A stretch of 64,000 nt of DNA from an uncultured Actinomycetes bacterium (lineage in GTDB: Bacteria > Actinomycetota > Thermoleophilia > RBG-16-64-13). The position numbers and the translations under genes are program-made. The stretch covers positions 1,408,001 to 1,472,000 of the forward strand of contig CAWJDT010000001.1 in assembly GCA_963841735.1 (NCBI GenBank), given 5' to 3'. This document shows positions 20,286-29,811 of this stretch, in pieces. Numbering within the stretch: the first letter of the stretch is position 1; every line of letters starts with the position of its first letter. The notes under the pieces were generated by a model that saw only the letters and a list, made by a program, of their open reading frames with translations, ran no database searches and was not told the DNA's origin.

Positions 20286-21668
20286 GTGAGGATCGTCGTT
20301 CTGGGCAGCGGGCCCGGTGGGTATGTGGCGGCGCTCCGCGCCGCCCGCCACGGCGCGGCGGTCACCCTCATCGAGAAGGACTTGGTCGGTGGCACCTGCC
20401 TCAACCGGGGCTGCATCCCCACCAAGGCCCTTCTGGCCAGCGCCCAGGCTCTGTCCCGGGCGCGGGCCGGTGAGGAGTACGGCTTCGAACTGGTCGGCGA
20501 GGTGCGTCCCGACCTCGTCCGCATGATGGAGCGCAAGGATCGGGTGGTCACTCAGATCCGCGGCAACGTCGAGATCCTGCTCAAGAAGGCCAAGGTGGAG
20601 GTCATCCGGGGCACCGGCCGGCTTGCCGCCGGCATGCAGGTGCTGGTGGACACCGAATCCGGCCCGGTCACGGTGCAGGCGGACAAGATCATCATCGCCA
20701 CCGGCTCGGAACCCGTTCATCTTCCGATGTTCGACTTCAGCCACCCGAGCATATTGACCTCTACTTCAGCGTTAGAGTTACGGGAGATCCCCGCCTCCAT
20801 GCTGATCGTGGGCTGCGGGGTCATCGGCTGCGAGTTCGCCTCGTTTTTTGCCGAGCTGGGCACGCAGATCACCATGGTCGAGATGCTGCCGCAGATGCTG
20901 CCCCTCGAGGACAAGCGTCTGGCCAAGCAGTTCCAGGGCGTCTATCGCAAGCGCGGCATCCAGGTGCTGCTGAGCACCAAGGTGGAGAGCATCTCCGAGT
21001 ATGCGGCCGACCACGTGGTGGCCAAGTTGTCGGACGGGAGTGAGATCACGGCGGCAAAGGTGCTGGTTTCGGTCGGGCGCAAGCCAAACAGCGGCGGGAT
21101 AGGGCTCGAAGCGGCCGGCGTGCAGACCGACGCCCGCGGCTACGTGGTTGTGGACGAATACCTAGAGACCACAGCGTCCGGCATCTACGCCATCGGCGAC
21201 GTCAACGGCGGGCAAATGCTGGCCCACGTGGCCTCCTACGAGGCTTTCGTGGCCGTCGACAACTGTCTGGGAGAACGTCGCCAGCGGGATCTGCGCTCCA
21301 CTCCCTCGTGCACCTACTCCGACCCGGAAGTGGCCAGCGTCGGTTTGAACGAGGAACGGGCCCTGGAGGCCGGCTATCAGCCCGTCACCGGCACCTACCG
21401 GTTCGCGGCTCTGGGCAAGGCCATCGCCATGGGGGAAGATGCAGGGTACGTCCAGATTGTGGCCGACAAGGAGAGCGGTCTGGTGCTGGGCGCCAGCATG
21501 ATGGGGCCGCATGTGACAGACGTGATCCACGAGGTCGCCCTCGCGGTGCACAGCAGACTCAGCGTCGATCAGTTGGGAACATGCATCCATGCGCATCCCA
21601 CCATCGCCGAAGCTGTCATGGAAGCAGCGCACGATGTGCATGGCGATTCCGTTCACATAGTCAAATAG
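20286..21668 (+). CDS. lpdA: Dihydrolipoamide dehydrogenase
   Basis: GSGPGGYVAA, GGTCLNRGCIPTK redox disulfide, C-term HAHPTIAE. Confidence 0.93.
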   Translation: MRIVVLGSGPGGYVAALRAARHGAAVTLIEKDLVGGTCLNRGCIPTKALLASAQALSRARAGEEYGFELVGEVRPDLVRMMERKDRVVTQIRGNVEILLKKAKVEVIRGTGRLAAGMQVLVDTESGPVTVQADKIIIATGSEPVHLPMFDFSHPSILTSTSALELREIPASMLIVGCGVIGCEFASFFAELGTQITMVEMLPQMLPLEDKRLAKQFQGVYRKRGIQVLLSTKVESISEYAADHVVAKLSDGSEITAAKVLVSVGRKPNSGGIGLEAAGVQTDARGYVVVDEYLETTASGIYAIGDVNGGQMLAHVASYEAFVAVDNCLGERRQRDLRSTPSCTYSDPEVASVGLNEERALEAGYQPVTGTYRFAALGKAIAMGEDAGYVQIVADKESGLVLGASMMGPHVTDVIHEVALAVHSRLSVDQLGTCIHAHPTIAEAVMEAAHDVHGDSVHIVK

Positions 21669-21701
21669 ACCTAGAAAACTTTTAGGAAAGGAAGATCGAG
21701 G

Positions 21702-22331
21702 ATGCACAAACTCGTGGAAGCCATGGCCAACATGAAGGAAGAAGAAGCCCTCCAGATAGTGGACGAGCTTCTGGCCGCCGGCGAAGACCCCCAGAAGATC
21801 CTGGACCTCTCCTCAGAGGCCATGCAGGTGGTGGGAGAGCGCTACCAGGAAGGCTCCTACTTCCTGCCCGAGCTCATCATGAGCGGCGAGATGCTGCGCA
21901 AGATCGGGGATATCCTCAAGCCCAAGCTGGTCGCGCAAAAAGGCGAGAGCAAGAAGCTGGGCACCGTGGTTCTCGGTACGGTAAGAGGCGACATCCACGA
22001 CATCGGCAAAGACATCGTGGGCTTCATGCTGGAAGTCAACGGCTTCGAGGTCCACGACCTGGGCATCGACCAGCCCGAAGAGGCCTTCGTGAAAGCCGTG
22101 GCAGACTACAAGCCCCAGGTGCTGGCCCTCTCCGGATTCCTCTCGGTGGCCTTTGACTCCATGAAGTCCACCATCGAGCAGGTAGAAGCAGCCGGGCTGC
22201 GCCAAGGCCTCAAGGTCATCATCGGCGGCGGGCAGATGGACGACACCGTGCGCAAGTACACCGGGGCCGACGCCTACGGTGAAGATGCCATGGCCGCCGT
22301 CACCTACGCCAAAGAAGCGGTGGGGGTGTAG
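21702..22331 (+). CDS. Methyltransferase-system corrinoid protein (MtxC-like)
   Basis: VGERYQEGSYFLPELIMSGE, GTVRGDIHDIGKDIV, LSGFL, IIGGG. Confidence 0.9.
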   Translation: MHKLVEAMANMKEEEALQIVDELLAAGEDPQKILDLSSEAMQVVGERYQEGSYFLPELIMSGEMLRKIGDILKPKLVAQKGESKKLGTVVLGTVRGDIHDIGKDIVGFMLEVNGFEVHDLGIDQPEEAFVKAVADYKPQVLALSGFLSVAFDSMKSTIEQVEAAGLRQGLKVIIGGGQMDDTVRKYTGADAYGEDAMAAVTYAKEAVGV

Positions 22332-22337
22332 CTAGAG

Positions 22338-23673
22338 ATGGAAGCGAAGCCCTGGGCGGATATGACTTCCGAAGAGAGGCTGGCTTGGCGCATCGATAAA
22401 TGGCGGAACCCCGGGGTGGCCTTCGCCAATGACGAGGCCGAGGCCGAGTACAAGGGTCGGGTGGACCGCATCCTGGCCGCCATCGAGTTGCGCAAGACCC
22501 GACCGGGTGCCGGTGCGTCTCAACATGGGCTTCTGGCCGGCTAAGAGCGCCGGCCTGACCCCATACGAGGCCATGAGCGACGCGAAGCGGGGCGCGCAGG
22601 CCTGGAAGGAATTCAACATCAAGTTCCAGCCCGACGCGTCGGTGGACCCTCTGCACCAAACTGTCCCGGCGGCCATGTTCGAAGCGCTCGACTACAGGCT
22701 GTACTCGTGGCCGGGGCATGGAGTGGCCAAGGAGGCCGGCTACCAATACGCCGAGAGGCAGTGGATGCTCGCCGAGGAGTATGACCATCTCATCTCGGAC
22801 CCCTCGGACTACATGCTCCGCACCTACCTGCCCCGCACGGTGGGCGCGTTCGCCGGCTTCGGCACGCTCTCTTCGCTGTTCGACCTCATCGAGTTGCCCT
22901 TCGTATCCGGCCAGGTGGAGGGTTGGGGCAGCGACGAGATGGTGGAGGGTTTGAAGAGACTGGCCAAGGCGGCGGAGGTCCGCAACCAATGGGCAAAAGT
23001 GGTCTTCCCGGCAATGGACGAGGTGAAGGCCCTCGGCTTCCCGCCCTTTCTCGGCTCGGCCACCAAGGCTCCTTTTGACATCCTGGGTGACACCTTGCGG
23101 GGCACCAAGGGGGTCATCATGGACATGTTCCGCTGCCCGGACAAGGTCCTGGCTGCGTGCGAGCGCCTGGTGCAGGTGGCGATTGACTGGCCGCTCAAGC
23201 GCCCTGGGACTCCGCTCGCGCCGTTGTGCTTCATCCCTCTGCATAAGGGGGCCGACGGCTTCATGAGCGACGAGCAGTTCCATACCTTCTACTGGCCCAC
23301 TCTGCGCAAGACGCTTCTCGGTCTGATCGAGCAGGGCATCATCCCGTTCCTGTTCGCTGAGGGACGCTACAACACGCGGCTTGAGGCGATCATGGACCTG
23401 CCCAAGGGCAAGACCGTATGGCTCTTCGACCAGTCGGACATGGAGCGGGCCAAGGCGACCATCGGGCAGGTGGCGTGCATCCAGGGCAACATGCCCCTCT
23501 CCTTGCTTCACATGGGCACGGCTGAGGAGGTCGCCGAGCACACCCGCAAGCTCATCGATGTGGCGGGCCGTGACGGCGGGTTCATACTCGACATCGGCGC
23601 GGTGGCCGACGAGGGCAAGGACGAGAACCTCGCGGCGATGATCAAGACCGCGAAGGAGTATGGAGTCTACTGC
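22338..23673 (+). CDS. Uroporphyrinogen decarboxylase-family methyltransferase (substrate:corrinoid MT); frameshift ~22498; reads through into next domain
   Basis: PDRVPV, APFDILGDTLRG..MDMFRCPDKV, PLHKGADGFMSDEQFHTFYWP, CIQGNMP...GTAEEV...GGFIL...AKEYG. Confidence 0.8.
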
Positions 23674-24438
23674 ATGCAGGTGATCCTGGCCTGCGAGATG
23701 ATCGAGGACGAGGTCCGTTTGGCCCTTGAGGCCCTGGAGCCCCAGAAGCGGCCGCCGGTGGTGTGGGTCGAGAGCGGCCTGCACGAACGGCCCGAGAGGC
23801 TGAAGGCCGCCTTGAAGGGTCTTCTTGAGATTCTCGGCGAAGGGGCCCGGACGGGCCGCCCCGTGAGCGTGCCCTCGGTGCGGCCTGGCCGAGGCCCGGC
23901 CGCCGAGAGGCGGCAGGACGTGCTGGTGGAGCCGGTGGAAGAGGTCCTCATGGCGCTCGGCTTCTGCGGCAACGCTCTCAACGGCCTGTCGTCCGAATGC
24001 CTGCGCCTGGTCTTTCCCCGAGTGGACGACTGCATCTCCTTGCTTCTCAACCGCGGATGCGTCCGCGAGGAGGTGCCCCGCAATCCACGCCACTACTACC
24101 TCACCAAAGGGTGGTTCAGCCACGAGAGCTCGCTCAAGGAGGCCTTCGGCAAGTGGGATGAGCGCTACGGCCCCGAGAGGGCGGCCAAGCTTAGGGATAC
24201 CATGTGGGCTGGCTACGAGCAGGTCAATCTAATCGACACTCAGGCTTATGATGTGGACGAGTGTCTGGACGAAAGCCGCGACGTCGCCGAGCAGCTCCGG
24301 CTGAAGCACGGAGTGGTGACAGGATCGGTCCAGTTGCTGGAACGCCTGTTTCGCGGAGAGAGGGACAGCGAGATCGTCGTGATCCCACCTGGGGAGATCA
24401 TCAACTACAACCATCTGTTTACCGCCGAGAAGACCTGA
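23674..24438 (+). CDS. DUF1638 domain protein (corrinoid methyltransferase-associated)
   Basis: ILACEMIEDE, SGLHERPERL, GFCGNALNGL, PRVDDCISLLL, YYLTKGW, LIDT; own GGAG RBS and ATG at 23674. Confidence 0.8.
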   Translation: MQVILACEMIEDEVRLALEALEPQKRPPVVWVESGLHERPERLKAALKGLLEILGEGARTGRPVSVPSVRPGRGPAAERRQDVLVEPVEEVLMALGFCGNALNGLSSECLRLVFPRVDDCISLLLNRGCVREEVPRNPRHYYLTKGWFSHESSLKEAFGKWDERYGPERAAKLRDTMWAGYEQVNLIDTQAYDVDECLDESRDVAEQLRLKHGVVTGSVQLLERLFRGERDSEIVVIPPGEIINYNHLFTAEKT

Positions 24439-24495
24439 AGCGGAGACTCCCGGTTGCGTGGACGCAAGAGAAACGAAAGGGAAGGAAAGTAATAC

Positions 24496-25351
24496 GTGGA
24501 GACTCGAGTCAGCAGCGCGACCCGCGAGATCATAATCGGCGGCGGCCGACCAACCGTACTGATAGGTGAGCGCATCAACCCCACCGGAAAGAAGCGTCTG
24601 GCCGAGGCCCTACGGGCCGGTGACCTGAGCGTCGTCCGCGAAGAGGCTATCGCTCAGGTGAAAGCCGGCGCCGATATCCTGGACATCAACGTGGGAGCCA
24701 CCGGTGTGGACGAATTGGACATGCTGCCCCGGGCGGTGCAGGCCGTGTGCGAGGTGGTCGACGTGCCGCTCTGCATCGACAGCCGCAAGTCCCAGGCCTC
24801 TGGCCGCGGCGCTCGCCATCTGCCCGGGCCGTCCCATCGTGAACTCCGTCACCGGCGAAGAGTCCTCTTTGCTGGAGGTTCTGCCGCTGGTCAAGCAGTA
24901 CGGCCTGCCGGTGATCGGCCTCACATTAGATGAGAACGGCATTCCCGCGACCGCGGAGGCCCGGGTGGAGATCGCTCACCGCATCGTCAAGCGGGCCGAA
25001 GCTCTTGGCATCCCTCGCGAAGACGTCATCATCGACTGTCTCACTCTTTCGCTTGGGGCCAATGTGAAGGCGGGTCTGGGTACATTGGAGGCGACCCGGC
25101 GGGTACGGGATGAGCTGGGTGTCAACCAGACCCAGGGAGCAAGCAACATCTCCCACGGTTTGCCCAACCGTCCTCCGCTCACCGGCGCATATCTGGCCAT
25201 GGCCATCGAGGCCGGGCTCACCTGCCCCACGGTAGACGTGGCTCTAGTGCGCCTGGCGGTTCTCTCGGCCGACCTGGTTCTCGGCCGGGACGAGTACGCC
25301 AAGCGTTTCATCGCCGCATTCCGCGAGCAGCAGGCAGCAGCGGCGCAGTAG
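24496..25351 (+). CDS. Methyl-THF:corrinoid methyltransferase (AcsE/MtxA-like pterin-binding barrel); frameshift ~24790
   Basis: LIGERINPTGKK, QVKAGADILDINVG, PLCIDS, IVNSVTGE, IIDCL, GASNISHGLPNR. Confidence 0.85.
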
Positions 25352-25478
25352 GCCCCACCGGGGAGGGCATGGTCGACCTTTTGAGAAAAAGCGAACACCG
25401 CATGTTAGCAATTGCCTGTGCGTTTGCTCCTCCGGAACGGTACCATTGGTCTGTTGGTGAAGTACAGCTAAGGAGGAA

Positions 25479-25955
25479 GTGGTGAGAGGAAAGAAAGCGC
25501 TGCTGGGCTTATTGGTGCTTGTCCTGGCGCTGACCGTTGTGTCGGTGGTGGCCTGTGGTGGTGGCGATAATGGCACGACTGCCAGCACGGTCGATCCCAA
25601 AGTGGCCATGCAGCAGGCCCTCGACCCTGTTGAAGCCTACATGTCCGACCTCATGGGGAGTGTGACTTCTGGGCAGGCGAAGGGAGCCGATCTCAAGGCG
25701 GCTGTGCAGACCGCCCAACCGCAGTGGCAGGCGATCGTGGACGCCTGCGCGGGCGTTGGCGCGGACGCAGCCAAGGCGCAGCAGGTTTGGGATGCTTTGA
25801 CGGCGGCGATCAATGGTCTGGCTGACGATGCCGGCATGGCGCAGATGGTCACTGTGGCCGGTCCTGGAATCGCGGTGCAGACCTTTGTAACCGAGCTTCG
25901 CAAGCAGGTCGGTGCGTCCGCGGGTGGCGCGGCCACTACGGTTCCGGCCAGCTAG
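25479..25955 (+). CDS. Lipoprotein, hypothetical
   Basis: Signal peptide with VVAC lipobox; AAGGAGG RBS. Confidence 0.7.
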   Translation: MVRGKKALLGLLVLVLALTVVSVVACGGGDNGTTASTVDPKVAMQQALDPVEAYMSDLMGSVTSGQAKGADLKAAVQTAQPQWQAIVDACAGVGADAAKAQQVWDALTAAINGLADDAGMAQMVTVAGPGIAVQTFVTELRKQVGASAGGAATTVPAS

Positions 25956-25978
25956 TTCGATCGGATAGTTGCGTGGCG

Positions 25979-26020
25979 GAGGCGGCCCGGAGTACACGCC
26001 GGGCCGCCTCTTTCTTTGTT
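25979..26020 (+). terminator. Rho-independent terminator
   Basis: 12-bp stem gaggcggcccgg / ccgggccgcctc followed by tttctttgtt. Confidence 0.85.
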
Positions 26021-26212
26021 GACTCGCGGCCTTCATGCGACCTGACGGGAGCGGTTGAGTAAGGTACTCTACTGAGGGTCGAGCGTCTCGGGATGACCCT
26101 ACGCTGAGCGTTCTATCGTCCGGCTTGAAAGAGTGCGGTTCAGATGGAGGAGGAGGCCGACGACGGCTAGCGTCTGTCGGCTCGCGCGCGATGAGAAGAG
26201 GGAGTTGACAAC

Positions 26213-27262
26213 TTGAACGGCGATACCACGCTGCTGGTGGCAGTAGTGGCTATCGCGCTCCTATTTGGTCTTCTCAACGGTTTCCACGACGGCTGCAACG
26301 CCGTCTCCACGGTCATCTATACCAAGGCGCTCAAGCCGCGCACGGCCATCGCCCTCTCCGCCCTCTTCAACTTCGTGGCCCCGCTTGTCGTGGGAGTGGG
26401 CGTCGCCAAAACCATCGCCGAGGTTGTCAAGGCTGGTGCGGGCGTAGCCTCCGCGCAGCTCGCCCGACTGGTTATCGCCGCGCTGCTTGGGGCCTGTGTT
26501 TGGGAGGTGCTTACCTGGATATGGGCGCTGCCGGTCAGTTCCTCCCACGCTTTGGTGGGCGGCCTACTCGGCTCGGGAGTGGCGGCACTTGGCCCTGGGG
26601 GCATCGAGTGGAAGACGGTTGGCTTGGTCTTTGCGGCCCTCTTTATCTCCCCGTTCCTTGGCGTCATCACCGGGTATCTGGTTATGCGCGTCAGCCGCTG
26701 GTTCTTCGCCAAGAGCCACATGAACATGATACGGGCCGACCGATTCTACAAGCACATGCAGATCCTCTCCTCGAGTTGGGTGTCGTTCAGTCACGGTTCC
26801 AACGATGCCACCAAGGTGATGGGCATCATCGTTATCTTCCTGGCGGCGCAGCAGGGGCTGAGTGTGACGGAGTATCAGCAGCAGCATGACTTCGTACTAG
26901 GGCTCCCTCTCTGGGTGATCCTCAGTGCGGCGGGCGCCATGGCCATTGGAACCTATCTTTCGGTGCGCTCCTTCCGGCTCATCCGGACGGTGGGGGAGAA
27001 GATATGCGAGCTTCACCCCATCAACGGGTTCAGCGCCGAGGCTGGGGGGGCGGCCATCATTCAGATCGCCACCCTTTTCGGGCTGCCGGTCTCGACCACG
27101 CACATCGTCACTTCGGCGGTAACGGGCACCGGCCTTGCCAGCCAGCTGGGGGGCGTGAGTTGGAAGGTGTTCCGGGCGATAGCGCTCGCCTGGGTGGTCA
27201 CTCTGCCTTTTTGCGCGGCCGTGGCCGCAGTGCTGTACTATTTGCTCGATTTTCTGATGTAA
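26213..27262 (+). CDS. PiT family inorganic phosphate/anion transporter (copy 1)
   Basis: NGFHDGCNA, LPVSSSHALVGG, SHGSNDATK, GLPVSTTH signature motifs. Confidence 0.92.
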   Translation: MNGDTTLLVAVVAIALLFGLLNGFHDGCNAVSTVIYTKALKPRTAIALSALFNFVAPLVVGVGVAKTIAEVVKAGAGVASAQLARLVIAALLGACVWEVLTWIWALPVSSSHALVGGLLGSGVAALGPGGIEWKTVGLVFAALFISPFLGVITGYLVMRVSRWFFAKSHMNMIRADRFYKHMQILSSSWVSFSHGSNDATKVMGIIVIFLAAQQGLSVTEYQQQHDFVLGLPLWVILSAAGAMAIGTYLSVRSFRLIRTVGEKICELHPINGFSAEAGGAAIIQIATLFGLPVSTTHIVTSAVTGTGLASQLGGVSWKVFRAIALAWVVTLPFCAAVAAVLYYLLDFLM

Positions 27263-27268
27263 GGAGCG

Positions 27269-27916
27269 ATGATGGCAAAAGAACGTGAGGGACAGGTACT
27301 GGAGCGGCTGGCCAGGTTCGCCGACCAGGTAGTCTTTATCGTTGAGAAGATGCGCGATGTGGTGGAGCGATTCGCCAGCGATCGCTACGAGGAATTGGCG
27401 GAATCGGCGCTGGAGTTGGACAGGCTCGAGAGCGAGGCCGACGACGTCAAGGTGGCCATACTTGACCAGTTGGCGGTGGGGACCATGTTCCCCATGGGTC
27501 GAGCGGACCTCGCCCGTCTGGTGGCTTCCATGGACAGCATCGCCAACCTGGCCGCGGGGGCTGCCGACCGTATCTGCATGCGCAGGTTCTCTCTCCCGGC
27601 CGCGATGAACGAGCTGATGGTCAAGCTCGCCCAGGCGGACCTGGAGGCGGTGAAGGTGCTCCGCGACGCCGTGGTGGCGGTGGGGACCGACCTGCGGTTG
27701 GCCATGGACTTGGCGAAGCGTGTGGACAAGATCGAGAGCAAGGCGGACGGTATCTTCGCCGAGCTCTACCGACGCATGTTCGAGATCGATACCGACTACA
27801 AGACTTTCCACCAGCTTAAGGCCATCATCGAACGCCTGGAAAACGTAGCCGACCGCTGTTGCGAGAACGCGGAACTGCTGCGGCACATGGCCCTTGAGTA
27901 CCTGGAGAACGAGTGA
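27269..27916 (+). CDS. DUF47 / PhoU-like Pit accessory protein (copy 1)
   Basis: LESEADDVK, MDSIAN, IESKADGIF, LENVADRCCENA. Confidence 0.88.
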   Translation: MMAKEREGQVLERLARFADQVVFIVEKMRDVVERFASDRYEELAESALELDRLESEADDVKVAILDQLAVGTMFPMGRADLARLVASMDSIANLAAGAADRICMRRFSLPAAMNELMVKLAQADLEAVKVLRDAVVAVGTDLRLAMDLAKRVDKIESKADGIFAELYRRMFEIDTDYKTFHQLKAIIERLENVADRCCENAELLRHMALEYLENE

Positions 27917-27980
27917 GAGGTCGACCTATGGCCGGCGGGTCTGCACCGGTTCCGGCGCGTGACGGTGAGGGAAGCTTGAC

Positions 27981-28988
27981 GTGAGCGGCCAGCTTATAGC
28001 GGTGGTGGCGGTCGCCCTGTTCTTTGACCTGCTGAACGGTTTCCATGACGGCTGCAACGCCGTGTCCACAGTGATCTACACTGGGGCGCTCAAGCCCAAG
28101 GTCGCTATCGCCATTTCGGCCGTCTTCAACTTCATAGGGCCGCTCGTGATGGGGGTGGCCGTGGCCAAGACCATCGGCGGGATCATCCACGCCGAAAACG
28201 CTACGGCCCATCTGGTGATCGCCGCTCTGCTGGGCGCGTGCGTCTGGGAGATCCTCACCTGGGTGTGGGCCCTGCCGATGAGTTCTTCGCACGCGTTGGT
28301 GGGCGGCCTGCTTGGCGCTGGGGTGGCGGCTCTGGGAGTCGGGGAGATCAACTGGAACAAGGTCATCCTCGTCTTTGCGGCACTTCTCGTCTCGCCGATT
28401 CTGGGGATCATCACGGGCTACCTGCTGATGCGGCTCAGCAGGGCGTTCTTCGGACGGACGAAATGGAGCATGGCCAAAGCCGACCGCTTCTATAAGCACA
28501 TGCAGATCGTCTCGTCGAGCTGGGTCTCGTTCAGCCACGGGTCCAACGACGCCACCAAGGTAATGGGCATCATCATCATCTTCTTGGCTGCGGAGAAGGG
28601 GAACGGGATGACCGTCGACGACTACGGCGTCCCGCTCTGGGTGGTCCTAAGCTGCGCGGCGGCCATGGCCCTCGGCACCTACCTCTCCGTGCGCTCCTTC
28701 CGCCTGATCCGGACTCTTGGCGAGAAGATCACCAAACTGCACCCCATCAACGGCTTCAGCGCTGAGGCCGGCGGGGCGATCATCATCCAGGTGGCGTCGT
28801 TCCTGGGTTTGCCGGTGTCGACCACGCACGTGGTCACCTCAGCGGTGACAGGCACCGGTCTGGCAAGCCAATTGGGAGCGGTAAGCTGGAAAGTCTTCCG
28901 TGCTATCATGCTGGCCTGGGTGGTCACCCTGCCTTTCTGCGCCATAGTGGCCGCCGGTTTCTACTACCTCCTCAACCTCTGGATGTAG
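27981..28988 (+). CDS. PiT family transporter (copy 2)
   Basis: Same motifs as copy 1, highly similar protein. Confidence 0.92.
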   Translation: MSGQLIAVVAVALFFDLLNGFHDGCNAVSTVIYTGALKPKVAIAISAVFNFIGPLVMGVAVAKTIGGIIHAENATAHLVIAALLGACVWEILTWVWALPMSSSHALVGGLLGAGVAALGVGEINWNKVILVFAALLVSPILGIITGYLLMRLSRAFFGRTKWSMAKADRFYKHMQIVSSSWVSFSHGSNDATKVMGIIIIFLAAEKGNGMTVDDYGVPLWVVLSCAAAMALGTYLSVRSFRLIRTLGEKITKLHPINGFSAEAGGAIIIQVASFLGLPVSTTHVVTSAVTGTGLASQLGAVSWKVFRAIMLAWVVTLPFCAIVAAGFYYLLNLWM

Positions 28989-28997
28989 GGGGCGCGC

Positions 28998-29719
28998 ATG
29001 GCGAAATCCCGACTAGATAAGATCAGACGCACCCTTGGGGGTGAGACCACCCTTGAGGGAGTCATCGACGCCATGGGCCGGGAGCGGGAAGAGCAGGTGC
29101 TCGATCAGCTGGGTCGGTTCACCGACCAGGTCGTGGTGATGGCAGAGAAGCTTCAGGACGTCGTCCAGGGGTTTGCCGCCGACCGCTACGATGATCTGGC
29201 CGCAGCGGCTAAAGAACTCGATCAGCTGGAGAGCGTGGCCGACGATGCGAAAGAGGCGATTCTCGACCAGATATCTTTGGGCGGAGTATTTCCCAATGCA
29301 CCGGGCCGATCTTGCCCGCCTGGTCGGCTCCATGGACAAGATCGCCAACCTGGCGACCGGCGTTGCCGACCGCATTTCCATGCGCAAGATTACACTCCCC
29401 CAGGAGATGAACGAGCAACTGGTCGCCATGGCCAAGGTTGACCTGGAGGCGGTGCAGGTGTTGCGTGATGCGACCGTCGCCATGGGTACCGATCTTCGCC
29501 AAGCCATACAGTTGGCCGGCGCGGTGGACAAGATCGAGAGCCGGGCCGACGATATCTTCGCCGAGATGTACAGGTACATGTTCGACATGGACATCGACTT
29601 CAAGACCTTCCATCAGCTCAAGTCGATCATCGATCGGCTTGGAGAATATCGCCGACCGCTGCAGCCAGAACGCTGAGCTGCTCCGGCACATGGCCCTGGA
29701 GTACCTGGAGAACGACTGA
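28998..29719 (+). CDS. DUF47 / PhoU-like protein (copy 2; frameshifts ~29290, ~29641)
   Basis: Collinear with copy 1 across three ORFs, ending ...RHMALEYLEND; start may be 29073. Confidence 0.82.
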
Positions 29720-29811
29720 CGACCTGAGTTCGTCGTGGCGTCGGCCGCGGCAGACGGCCCCTGTCGTTCCGGAGGCTCCTGGTTCCCGACGCGCCTTGGA
29801 GGTCACCCCTG

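Noticed and set aside
18163-20289. 708-aa ORF spanning folD-metV-metF
   Set aside because: Chance open frame in GC-rich DNA joining the MetV N-terminus and MetF, aided by an indel.
22300-24123. Long antisense ORFs (e.g. 607 aa here, 473 aa at 6751..8172)
   Set aside because: Shadow ORFs opposite well-supported genes, with no recognisable motifs.
9438-25351. Calling the C1 genes pseudogenes or programmed frameshifts
   Set aside because: Motifs are intact across frames, indels also hit unrelated housekeeping genes, and there are no consistent slippery sites. Assembly error is more parsimonious.
15248-25351. Complete autotrophic Wood-Ljungdahl pathway
   Set aside because: No CODH/ACS or CoFeSP genes are in the window, so only the methyl branch is supported.
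24496-25351. Dihydropteroate synthase (folP)
   Set aside because: The IGERINPTGK and GASNISHGLP motifs and the corrinoid context indicate an AcsE/MetH-type methyltransferase barrel.
26021-26212. Riboswitch or ncRNA upstream of pit; also T-box or attenuator near the ilv genes and a cobalamin or THF riboswitch near fhs
   Set aside because: No recognisable consensus by eye. An Rfam/Infernal scan is needed to exclude them.
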